Assembly: GCA_015063525.1 (NCBI GenBank)
Contig: SVTZ01000002.1
Coordinates: 1-50,564 of the forward strand
Length of the DNA: 50,564 nucleotides
Direction: 5' to 3'
DNA from: Oscillospiraceae bacterium
Lineage (GTDB): Bacteria; Bacillota; Clostridia; Oscillospirales; CAG-272
Shown piece after piece: positions 1 to 8,481 of the stretch. The stretch's first letter is position 1. The number at the start of each line of letters is the position of its first letter. Below the pieces are notes generated by a model that ran no database searches, had not been told where the DNA came from, and was given only the letters and a program-made list of their open reading frames with translations. Position numbers and translations under genes: made by a program.

Positions 1-138
1 CAGAAGAAGAGCTTTGCAGAGCTTCTTGCAGTATTCAGCAAGCCTGCAGCAGATGCAGCGGCACCCGAGGCTCCCGCAGCTGAGGCAGCTCCCGAGGCAG
101 AAGAAGCTCCCGCAGAGGAAGAAACCCCTGCAGAGTAA
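1..138 (+). CDS. 3' end of an upstream CDS (partial); Ala/Pro/Glu-rich C-terminal tail, function unknown
   Basis: Frame 1 is open from the window edge to TAA at 136-138 (..SKPAADAAAPEAPAAEAAPEAEEAPAEEETPAE*). A strong hairpin follows at 181-204. Read directly from the sequence because it is below the ORF-track cutoff. Confidence 0.4.
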   Translation, partial: QKKSFAELLAVFSKPAADAAAPEAPAAEAAPEAEEAPAEEETPAE

Positions 139-180
139 TAACAACTCTTCACAATAACAATAAATAACCAATATAAATAA

Positions 181-204
181 AAAGGCGGCCAAAAGGCCGC
201 CTTT
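181..204. terminator. Bidirectional rho-independent terminator between convergent genes
   Basis: Perfect 10-bp stem aaaggcggcc / ggccgccttt with loop aaaa. It is A-rich upstream and T-rich downstream, so it reads as hairpin plus U-run on both strands. Confidence 0.75.
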
Positions 205-229
205 ATGCTGTAATTATGGAATAAGTTTG

Positions 230-3200
230 TTATTTCTTCTTTAATGTCAGTTTTATTATGAAACTGTCGAGAAGGTAAAGGAGCGAGGGGAGTACCAGTA
301 TTATCATCACCGTGGAGATAAGCGTTCCTCTGCAAAGCAGGAAACCGACCGAGGAAATGGAGGTCTGGCTGGCAATAAATCCAACCACAAGACCGCATAT
401 CATCAGTATCAGTCCGGAGGTAAATACCGTGGGGATTGCTGCGTCTACTGCTTTATAAAGGGACTCTCTTCTATCAAGCGTCTCACGATGTTTGACGTAA
501 TTCGTCGAGAGAAGTATTCCGTAGTCAATAGTTGCGCCCATTAGGATACACATTGACATAATGTAGCTCATAAAGAACATTGGTCCGGAAACGAGAGACA
601 TTGACATTGCTATCCATATAGCGCCCTGAATTATAGCTACGAGAATAATCGGCAGGGATAGCGACCTAAATACTACCATAATAATAACAAATATTGATAC
701 AACGGTAAATACGCTGATAAGTCTGTTGTCATCGTCAAAGGCTTTGATAAGGTCATTTGTGGTTGCTATTTCGCCCGCAACGTAGGCGTCCTCGCCGAAG
801 ATGTCCTTGACAGTCCTCGTAAGATACTCAATGAAGCGCGAGGATTCCTCGCTCTCCGCAGGTAGATTTACAGTTAGAAGCATTCTGGAGTAATTTTTTG
901 CCGAGAGTAGCTTTTGGGCGCTGATCATGTTCTCCTGAGACTCTCGTATGGTCTCCTGCATCTCGCTGTTTATGCTCGATGCAAGAAGCTCGTTGCTTTC
1001 TGCCTCATCAAGCACGAAGGAGAGAAGGTCGGTAGCGGAAATGCTTCCGGTCTCGACAAGCTCATTTGCGACTGCGTATTTGACGTACACACCCATCATC
1101 ACACTCTCGGGGATAGTAAAGTTGATTTCGGTGCTCTGTATATTCGCAATAAAGCCGTCAAGGAGAGTCGTAAGCTCGAGATAATCGTATTTTTCAGTGT
1201 CATTAAGAATAGCTTCAAGCTTAAGCGCGTCTGCCTCAAGTGTGGAGAGCATATCCACTATGCCCTCGGGCAGTCGGTCGGCAATCATTTTGCTCGTACC
1301 GGCAAGCTCTACTACATAATTAATAAGCTCGATTAAGCCCATATCGCCGTCGGGCATTCTTCCGTCGTCAATATAATACATAATGTAGAGCTGCTTCATC
1401 ATATCGTCTGCCTCAGCACCCGAGGGAAGCGAAGCCGCCTCTCCGGAAACCTTCAAAACGATATTATTCAAAGCGGGTAAAAATTCGGTGTGCGAGTACT
1501 CCGACTCAAATGCGGAGTTAACGGTGGTAATCATACCGTAAATCTCGGCATAATCATCTGTGCCAAGTCTCTCAAAGGCGGATATCATATCCTCCGGAAG
1601 TTCTGATCTGTATTGGCTGAGAAGTATTGAGAACAGGTCGCTGAACGGTATTTTGGCAGTGGGGCTAAGTCCCAATCCACCAAGCTGAGTTGGTGACGTC
1701 CACGCAAGTGCGGGGCTGATGCCGTCGGGCAGAGATATATCAAATTGGTCGATAAGCTCAGCGAATTTTTTAACATCAATCTTCTCTGTAGGTGTGGGAA
1801 GAGGAGGAAAGGCGTCAATCATTTCCTTTGCCTTCGGCAGCATCATAAGGCTTTCTGCCGTTTCGTCGTTAAGATAACCCGACTCGATAATGTAATTAAC
1901 CATATCTCCAAAAGCAACTCTTTTATTGGTTACGTCATCGAAGAAACGGTTGCCGTAAAGCTGCTTTACCGCGCTCTCGTCAATCGCCACGCCCTCGAGC
2001 ATATCAAGCGAAGAGATGATGGAGTATAGCTCGTATGCGGTGTGCTTCTCATACGCAATCTCTTCAAAGGAGGGGAGAAGCGAGAGGAGCTTAACGAACT
2101 CGGGGCTAACAAATCCTTGCGCATCTTCATCATTTTCAATCAGGTCAACGGCAAAGGAAATAAAGGTCTTAATATCCATTTTAACCGCAGAGCCGTCCTC
2201 GGTGAAGCGATAGATCGTAAAGAGAAGCTCGGCGTCCTTCATTGACAGACCGAGGTCTGCCGACGCCTTTTCGACGTCATATATCTGACCGATAGTGTTG
2301 CTGTAAGCAACATGGCTCTTAAGAACCTCCTTGCCTTCCTCGGTTTTATAGGACGCGAGAAGCTCTGCAAGGATCTTTTCCTTTTCCTCGTTGCCCTCAG
2401 CGTTCTTGTAAAGGACGATAAGAGTTCCGCTTTCTCCAAATTTATCGGTGATATTCTCGTTCTTATTACAACTGTCAACGAAGCTATAGGTGTTTCCGAT
2501 ATTGAGCACGCAGCAGACGGTGATTATGACGAAAGCAGTGGGGACAATAAGCTTGCCGGCCTTGATGGAAACATCGCAGAAAAGCTTGCCCTTAACGATT
2601 AGGGGCTTCTTTACAGTCTTCTGCATCAGCTTATCAAAAATAAGAAGGAATGCGGGAAGCAGGGTCAGCGAGGTGATTGCGGAAATAACGATACTCTTCA
2701 TAAGTACGATTCCAATATCAAATCCGATGGTAAATGACATAAACAGCAGGGCGAGCAGACCCGCAATAGTAGTCAACGCACTTGCCGAAACCGGCTTGAT
2801 AACCTCTTTGATGGCTCTGATCATTGCTCGTTCGTTTTCGTACGCAGGATCCTTTTCTTTTATACTACGGTAGCTGTGCAGAAGCACGATGCTGTAGTCG
2901 ATAGACAGCGCGAGCTGGAGAATGGCTGCGATGGCATTCGTAATATAGGATATTTCACCGAAGATGGCGTTCGTGCCCATATTAATCAGTACCGCAATTC
3001 CGGACGCGGCAAGAAGCACGAGAGGCTCGATCCAGCTTGATGCGGTAAGGAGCATCAGCACTGCCACTAGGCAAACAGATATTCCGAGGATCATAATTAT
3101 CTCGCCCTGAATAGCCTCGCGTAGCAGTTTTTTCTCCATTACCGTGCCGCCAAGGTTCAGTCTGTCGCCATATCTTTCACCAAGGGCTGACTCAATGTCA

Positions 3201-3583
3201 CCAAGGACGGCTTTTGCGCTTTCCGAATATTCATTTCCATCTACGAGAACGACAAAAAGCGCAGTTCCGTCTTTATAATAATCTGTATTTTGCGAATTAA
3301 AGTTTACAAAATTAACATTTTCAATGTTTTTAAGCTGAGTTTTTATTTCCTCGGCCTCTTCTGGTGTAACATCGTCAACCATGACTTGAATATTGCTGAT
3401 AAGGCCGAACTCATCCTCCATAATGCCGAGAGAGATCTTAGTCTCGGTGGAGTCGTCAAGATAGTCGGATATATTATAATTTATCTTGACCGTACCTATA
3501 AGAAGCACCGACAGAACGGAAAGGAGTGTAAATATCAAGAGAATTATATATTTTGAGTTTTTTATTATTTTGTTTTTTTTCAT
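230..3583 (-). CDS. MMPL/RND-superfamily membrane transporter with a very large second extracytoplasmic domain
   Basis: Two blocks of about 5-6 hydrophobic helices (..GEIIMILGISVCLVAVLMLL.. and ..LISVFTVVSIFVIIMVVFRSLSLPIILVAIIQGAIW..), each preceded by a soluble domain, which is typical MMPL topology. The ATG at 3583 (MKKNKII) follows GGGAGG; the track start at 3595 is a TTG inside that RBS. Confidence 0.75.
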   Translation of the reverse strand: MKKNKIIKNSKYIILLIFTLLSVLSVLLIGTVKINYNISDYLDDSTETKISLGIMEDEFGLISNIQVMVDDVTPEEAEEIKTQLKNIENVNFVNFNSQNTDYYKDGTALFVVLVDGNEYSESAKAVLGDIESALGERYGDRLNLGGTVMEKKLLREAIQGEIIMILGISVCLVAVLMLLTASSWIEPLVLLAASGIAVLINMGTNAIFGEISYITNAIAAILQLALSIDYSIVLLHSYRSIKEKDPAYENERAMIRAIKEVIKPVSASALTTIAGLLALLFMSFTIGFDIGIVLMKSIVISAITSLTLLPAFLLIFDKLMQKTVKKPLIVKGKLFCDVSIKAGKLIVPTAFVIITVCCVLNIGNTYSFVDSCNKNENITDKFGESGTLIVLYKNAEGNEEKEKILAELLASYKTEEGKEVLKSHVAYSNTIGQIYDVEKASADLGLSMKDAELLFTIYRFTEDGSAVKMDIKTFISFAVDLIENDEDAQGFVSPEFVKLLSLLPSFEEIAYEKHTAYELYSIISSLDMLEGVAIDESAVKQLYGNRFFDDVTNKRVAFGDMVNYIIESGYLNDETAESLMMLPKAKEMIDAFPPLPTPTEKIDVKKFAELIDQFDISLPDGISPALAWTSPTQLGGLGLSPTAKIPFSDLFSILLSQYRSELPEDMISAFERLGTDDYAEIYGMITTVNSAFESEYSHTEFLPALNNIVLKVSGEAASLPSGAEADDMMKQLYIMYYIDDGRMPDGDMGLIELINYVVELAGTSKMIADRLPEGIVDMLSTLEADALKLEAILNDTEKYDYLELTTLLDGFIANIQSTEINFTIPESVMMGVYVKYAVANELVETGSISATDLLSFVLDEAESNELLASSINSEMQETIRESQENMISAQKLLSAKNYSRMLLTVNLPAESEESSRFIEYLTRTVKDIFGEDAYVAGEIATTNDLIKAFDDDNRLISVFTVVSIFVIIMVVFRSLSLPIILVAIIQGAIWIAMSMSLVSGPMFFMSYIMSMCILMGATIDYGILLSTNYVKHRETLDRRESLYKAVDAAIPTVFTSGLILMICGLVVGFIASQTSISSVGFLLCRGTLISTVMIILVLPSLLYLLDSFIIKLTLKKK

Positions 3584-3766
3584 TTTTCCTCCCAACGTTT
3601 AAGATTTAAGGTATTAAAACATATAAATTATATATTGTATCTCGACGAAATGCAACGGCTTTTTGTAAAAATTAATAATAATTTATCGTATATTTTACAG
3701 AAAGAACACACAAAAGGTTTTTAAAAAGAAGTCTTCTTGATATTTTTACATTTAAAAATATTTCTA

Positions 3767-3795
3767 TTGAAAAAAATGAAAATCGGTGTTATAAT
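3767..3795 (+). promoter_or_regulatory. Sigma-A type promoter for ktrBA
   Basis: TTGAAA (3767-3772), 17-nt spacer, TATAAT (3790-3795), with a TGn extended -10 (gTGtTATAAT). Confidence 0.55.
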
Positions 3796-3829
3796 AGGAT
3801 TAACCGAAATGCAAGGAGGTGTTCTTGTT

Positions 3830-5179
3830 GTGCGAAAAAGAAAGAACAGCCTTTCAACTACACATATAATTATGATAAGCTTTCTTTGCGCTATTTTGCT
3901 CGGAAGCCTGCTTCTCTCACTGCCCATAAGCTCTGCTGACGGTGAGAGAGTTCCTTATATTGACGCTTTGTTTACTGCCACTACGGCAACCTGCGTTACC
4001 GGACTTGTTACTCTGCCGACCGCTATAGCCTGGAGCTTCTTTGGGCAGGCGGTTATACTTGTCCTAATACAGATCGGAGGTCTGGGAGTTATAACGGTAA
4101 TGTCCGGACTTATGTTGCTTTTAAATCGTAAAATGGGTATTGGAGACCGTCTTTTGCTTCAAGATGCCTTTAATCTTAATACACTTTCCGGCCTTGCAGA
4201 TTTTGTCAAAAAGGTACTTGTCGGAACCTTTCTTATAGAGGGATTAGGAGCGCTGCTTTATATGACGGTATTCGTTCCGCAGTTTGGCGCTCGCGGCGTG
4301 TGGATCTCGATATTTAATGCTATCTCCGCTTTTTGCAATGCCGGAATGGACGTTATCGGAGAGAATAGTCTTGGCGATTATGCCACGAGTCCTTTGGTTT
4401 GCGGTGTAACGAGCGCGCTTATAATTCTTGGCGGTATCGGATATATCGTCTGGTGGGATATTATACGGGTGTTTGGTGAAAAAAAGCGCAGACCCCTCAG
4501 AAGTCTTACCCTACATAGTAAGATCGCTATAACGACATCGCTTTTCTTGATATTTGTCGGTGCGGTGCTTATTCTTATATTTGAGTATAATAATCCGGAT
4601 ACCATAGCATCTCTTTCGCTTTTTGATAAAATTCAGGTTTCGCTCTTTCAGTCTGTGACGACACGTACCGCAGGATTTGCAAGCATTCCGCAACAAGAGC
4701 TGACCGATCCAACGTCCTTGCTTTGCCTTTTCTTGATGTTTACAGGAGGATCGCCTGTGGGTACAGCCGGCGGTATTAAAACGGTTACGATGGTGGTGCT
4801 TGTTGCCTCGGCTGTCTCTGCTATAAAGGGCAAAAATGACGTTTGTCTTTTCGGCAGAAACGTTTCAAAGCCGGCGGTCGGCAAGTCTGTGGCGGTCTGC
4901 ACTATGTCCTTCGGCATCGCGTTTCTCTCTGCCATTCTCCTTTCTCTCGTTACAGATGCGGCAACAATGGACATTCTTTACGAAACGGTCAGCGCAACCG
5001 CAACGGTGGGACTCAGCCGCGGTATCACTCCGTATTTAAACGAGATAGGAAAGATTATAATTATTTTGACGATGTATCTTGGGCGGGTAGGACCGATTTC
5101 TCTGGCTCTTGCGCTTAATACCGGAAGGACAAGACAAAATATAATAAAGAACCCCACAGAGGATATAAGTGTGGGATAA
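3830..5179 (+). CDS. ktrB: TrkH/KtrB-family potassium uptake membrane subunit
   Basis: Multi-pass membrane protein with repeated pore-loop-like GxG segments (ATCVTGL, NAGMDV, RTAGFAS, TVGLSRG), typical of TrkH/KtrB. The GTG at 3830 lies 10 nt after AAGGAGG and downstream of the predicted promoter. The ORF-track start at 3737 lies upstream of the -35 element. Confidence 0.85.
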   Translation: MRKRKNSLSTTHIIMISFLCAILLGSLLLSLPISSADGERVPYIDALFTATTATCVTGLVTLPTAIAWSFFGQAVILVLIQIGGLGVITVMSGLMLLLNRKMGIGDRLLLQDAFNLNTLSGLADFVKKVLVGTFLIEGLGALLYMTVFVPQFGARGVWISIFNAISAFCNAGMDVIGENSLGDYATSPLVCGVTSALIILGGIGYIVWWDIIRVFGEKKRRPLRSLTLHSKIAITTSLFLIFVGAVLILIFEYNNPDTIASLSLFDKIQVSLFQSVTTRTAGFASIPQQELTDPTSLLCLFLMFTGGSPVGTAGGIKTVTMVVLVASAVSAIKGKNDVCLFGRNVSKPAVGKSVAVCTMSFGIAFLSAILLSLVTDAATMDILYETVSATATVGLSRGITPYLNEIGKIIIILTMYLGRVGPISLALALNTGRTRQNIIKNPTEDISVG

Positions 5180-5221
5180 CATAAACCATCATTTATATTT
5201 TAATGAAAAAGAGGTAATAAT

Positions 5222-5872
5222 ATGAGTATCAATAAAACCTACGCCGTGTTCGGTCTTGGACGATACGGTCTTGCCGCTGCAAGGGAGCTTATAAATAGTG
5301 GTGTAGAGATTATCGCTGTTGATATGGACGAGAGCAAGGTAAACGCGCACACATCAGAGCTTCCTGTATGTAAGTGCGCTGACGTGACAGATCCCGAGGT
5401 TATTCGTCAGCTTGGCATCGGAGGTGTGGACGTGGTTATAATCTCAATGGCAAACAATCTTGAAGCAAGTGTTATGGCGGTTACTCTATGTAAAGAAGCC
5501 GGAGTCAAAACCGTCATTGCAAAGTGCGCAAACGAAATGCATAGAAAGATACTCTCTCGCGTTGGTGCTGACGTTGTGGTTTTTCCCGAGAATGAGTCGG
5601 GAATTCGCCTTGCGAAAAATCTGTTAAGCTCTGGATTTGCAGATATGATTACTCTTTCAAAGGAATTTTCTATGATCGAGCTTGACGTTAGGCCCGAATG
5701 GGTAGGTAAAAGCTTGCTTGAGCTTCATTTGCGTAAAAAATACGCCATCAACGTGGTCGCAATCAAACGCGGAGACAGGCTTACGGTCAATATAAATCCT
5801 GAGGAAAAGCTGACTGCCGATAGCTCACTTATTGTTATTGCCAATCCTCAAAAGCTTTCAAAACTTAGATAG
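5222..5872 (+). CDS. ktrA: TrkA/KtrA-family potassium uptake regulatory subunit (RCK N and C domains)
   Basis: N-terminal Rossmann motif VFGLGRYG, about 216 aa, immediately downstream of ktrB; an RBS (GAGG) precedes the ATG. Confidence 0.85.
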   Translation: MSINKTYAVFGLGRYGLAAARELINSGVEIIAVDMDESKVNAHTSELPVCKCADVTDPEVIRQLGIGGVDVVIISMANNLEASVMAVTLCKEAGVKTVIAKCANEMHRKILSRVGADVVVFPENESGIRLAKNLLSSGFADMITLSKEFSMIELDVRPEWVGKSLLELHLRKKYAINVVAIKRGDRLTVNINPEEKLTADSSLIVIANPQKLSKLR

Positions 5873-5956
5873 ATTAGCAAAAATTTACTTTTTGGTCACA
5901 TTTGCTCATTAAAAAAGTGGTAAAATATGTATTAAAGTAAATGAGCGAGGCAAAAA

Positions 5957-7435
5957 ATGTCTAAAGTACTTATTATCGGCGGCGGTGTTGCGGGGCTTTC
6001 CGCAGGAATTTACGCCCGCCTCCACGGTCACGAGGCCGTTGTTTGCGAGAAGCATACTATTCCAGGTGGAAATCTCACCGGATGGAGTAGGGGAGAATAC
6101 CATATCGATAACTGTATTCATTGGCTTACCGGCACAAACCCCTCCTCGGCGCTTTATGAGATGTGGGTTGAGTTGGGCGCTCTCGGCAATGGAATAGGTG
6201 TCGTTCAAGGTAACAGTCTTATCACCTGCGAGAGAGACGGAAAATCGATGTCTCTTTATTGCTCGCTGGATAAGATAAAGGCTGAGATGCTTGCACTATC
6301 GCCCGAGGATGAGCGCGAGATAAAAAGATTTATAAACGCCATAGAGCTGGTTATGGCACTTGACCATATCGCGGGAGAGGACTGCAACGAGGGTATTACT
6401 CTACCCAGACTTCTTCGGGGTATCGGCCCTGCGCTTAAGTATTATAAGCTTACTACAGGACAGCTTGCAAAGCGCTTTAAAAGTCCTGCCCTCCAATGTT
6501 TCATTACAGGATTCTGGGGCCATGACTTCGGTGCATACGCTCTTCTCTTCGTGTTTGCAACCTATTGCGGACGCAATGGCGCTCTGCCGAAGGGCGGCTC
6601 TTTGAAGATGGCCGAGAGAATGACTGAGAGGTTTAAATCCCTCGGTGGTGCTCTTAAGCTGAAAAAAGAAGCTGTGCGTGTAAATCTTGATGGAAATCGC
6701 GCCGTATCAGTTGTTTTTGCCGACGGAAGCATCGAAAGTGCGGATTATATTGTTATGACTACCGACGCAGCAATCACTTTTGGCAAGATGCTCGATAGAC
6801 CCATGCCGGAGAAACTGAAAAAGCTTTACGATGACCCCCGAATGCGCCGTTTCTCTGCATATCATACCGCCTTTGCCTGCGATCTTGCCGAGCTTCCCTT
6901 TGAGGGAGACTTGATCTTTGATGTGCCTAAGGAGTATGTTGATATTCTTCATACTGAGCAGGTAATTCTCCGCGAGTTTTCCCACGAACCATCATACGCT
7001 CCCGAGGGAAAAAATATTTTGCAGACTATGACCTTCTGCTTCGAGAAGGACTGTAATGAGTTTATCAGGCTTCGCAGAGAGGATAAGGAGGCGTATAAGG
7101 CGAAGAAAGAACAGCTTTCATCTATCCTTCAGATGCTTATAGAGGAGCATTGTCCCTCGCTTCGCGGTAGGCTTACTATTATCGACGTCTGGACACCGGC
7201 AAGCTATGAGCGATTCATAGGCTCACAGGTGGGCTCATTTATGAGCTTTGCTCTTCCCGAGAGCTATATTCCTGTCTGCCTTGACGGATCTGATACCGGC
7301 GTTGATAATCTGCTTTTGGCAACCCAATGGCAGCAGTCGCCGGGAGGACTGCCTATTGCGGCCGAGTGCGGAAAGAAAGCGATAGAGACAATTTCCGAGA
7401 TTGAAAAGAAAAAACAAAGGTCTAAAAAATCATAA
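5957..7435 (+). CDS. NAD(P)/FAD-dependent oxidoreductase, phytoene-desaturase (CrtI)-like family
   Basis: N-terminal dinucleotide-binding motif VLIIGGGVAGLSAG..E(x)n..GG and about 490 aa length, typical of amine-oxidase/CrtI-like flavoproteins. Substrate not inferable. Confidence 0.7.
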   Translation: MSKVLIIGGGVAGLSAGIYARLHGHEAVVCEKHTIPGGNLTGWSRGEYHIDNCIHWLTGTNPSSALYEMWVELGALGNGIGVVQGNSLITCERDGKSMSLYCSLDKIKAEMLALSPEDEREIKRFINAIELVMALDHIAGEDCNEGITLPRLLRGIGPALKYYKLTTGQLAKRFKSPALQCFITGFWGHDFGAYALLFVFATYCGRNGALPKGGSLKMAERMTERFKSLGGALKLKKEAVRVNLDGNRAVSVVFADGSIESADYIVMTTDAAITFGKMLDRPMPEKLKKLYDDPRMRRFSAYHTAFACDLAELPFEGDLIFDVPKEYVDILHTEQVILREFSHEPSYAPEGKNILQTMTFCFEKDCNEFIRLRREDKEAYKAKKEQLSSILQMLIEEHCPSLRGRLTIIDVWTPASYERFIGSQVGSFMSFALPESYIPVCLDGSDTGVDNLLLATQWQQSPGGLPIAAECGKKAIETISEIEKKKQRSKKS

Positions 7436-7457
7436 AAATTCAAAAATAAAAAACAAA

Positions 7458-7487
7458 GGCTATCCTTGGAAACAACCTTGGATAGCC
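7458..7487. terminator. Bidirectional terminator hairpin between convergent oxidoreductase and PPIase genes
   Basis: ggctatcc..ggatagcc 8-bp stem plus inner gg/cc pairs. Flanked by an A-run (7441-7457) and a T-run (7489-7493). Confidence 0.6.
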
Positions 7488-7520
7488 ATTTTTACTAAGT
7501 TTTATTTACAAAAAGTGATA

Positions 7521-8198
7521 TTAGTGAGATGCGTGGAGGGAAATACCGGTGATTTTGGGCGCATCATTTATCTTGCCGTCATCGCCGACAGAGAGACTTT
7601 CAATAAGCTCTTCAAATACATCCATATCGCTTACCTTGCCGAATGCTGCGTATTTACCCTTAAGAGAGGAGTCGTTTTCGGTAAGGAAGAAGAACTGTCC
7701 GTAGGCGGAGTCATTACCGTTGCCTCTCGCCATAGCGATAACACCTTTTTTCATAGGAACTTTGTTGTCAAATCCGTTGTCGGAAAACTCGCCCTTGATG
7801 GAGCTAGAGCCGCCGTCTGCTATCTGAGAGCCACCGTAAAGAAGGCCGTCGAGAAGAGTGTGTATGCTCTTGCCGTCAAAATATCCGTCCTCGCACAGAT
7901 CAATGAAATGTTTGACCGTCTTGGGCGCATCGTTGCCGAAAAGCTCAACGTGAAGAGCATCGTGTCCCTCAATATTTATCGTTGCGTGATAGGTTGCTTC
8001 GGGAGAGTAGGTGAATGCACCGCAGGCGATAAGAATACCGAACAGAATTACAAGAAACGCTGCTGCGCCGCCTATCCAAATAGCAGCTATCCTTGTCGTT
8101 TTTGCCTTCTTTTCCTTCAATTTCGCCGCTTCTTTTTCCGCTTTTGCAGCGATGGTTTTATCGGTTACGTAATTTGAATTTTTCTTTTTATTTGACAT
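7521..8198 (-). CDS. Cyclophilin-type peptidyl-prolyl cis-trans isomerase with N-terminal membrane anchor
   Basis: TM helix IAAIWIGGAAAFLVILFGILIACGAF followed by cyclophilin motifs (FIDLCEDGYFDG, VIAMARGNGNDSAYGQFFF). AAGGAG RBS upstream of the ATG. Confidence 0.85.
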   Translation of the reverse strand: MSNKKKNSNYVTDKTIAAKAEKEAAKLKEKKAKTTRIAAIWIGGAAAFLVILFGILIACGAFTYSPEATYHATINIEGHDALHVELFGNDAPKTVKHFIDLCEDGYFDGKSIHTLLDGLLYGGSQIADGGSSSIKGEFSDNGFDNKVPMKKGVIAMARGNGNDSAYGQFFFLTENDSSLKGKYAAFGKVSDMDVFEELIESLSVGDDGKINDAPKITGISLHASH

Positions 8199-8230
8199 TT
8201 TTTGTTTCTCCTTCGTTTTTTGACGAACAT

Positions 8231-8259
8231 ATTATAACAAAAAATTTAGCCGATGTCAA
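8231..8259 (-). promoter_or_regulatory. Perfect-consensus sigma-A promoter for the PPIase gene
   Basis: On the minus strand: TTGACA, 17 nt, TATAAT (forward tgtcaa 8254-8259, attata 8231-8236), with TGT preceding the -10. Confidence 0.6.
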
Positions 8260-8386
8260 TGATATTGAAAAATGATTTTATGCTAAATTTTAGTGGTCAT
8301 TTCTTAACTATTTTGATTTAATTCTTGAATTGAGAGCACGGCTTAAAGTTATTTTTATGCTCCAATTAATTGTTAAAATCGACATA

Positions 8387-8415
8387 TTGACAAGGATAAG
8401 ATTTTGTGTTATTAT
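8387..8415 (+). promoter_or_regulatory. Sigma-A promoter for the pectate lyase gene
   Basis: TTGACA (8387-8392), 17 nt, TATTAT (8410-8415), with a TGn extended -10. Confidence 0.55.
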
Positions 8416-8481
8416 ATATAATGTAATATTACCTTCTATTTTTGATGTATCAAAAAATTTAAGGTTTTAGGAGGATCTGAA

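Noticed and set aside
3596-3829. Possible c-di-AMP (ydaO/kimA-type) riboswitch upstream of ktrB, as seen in some Firmicutes potassium-uptake operons.
   Set aside because: The region is strongly AT-rich, and the predicted promoter leaves a leader of only about 28 nt. I saw no GC-rich pseudo-symmetric helices typical of that riboswitch. Only a covariance-model scan could fully exclude it.
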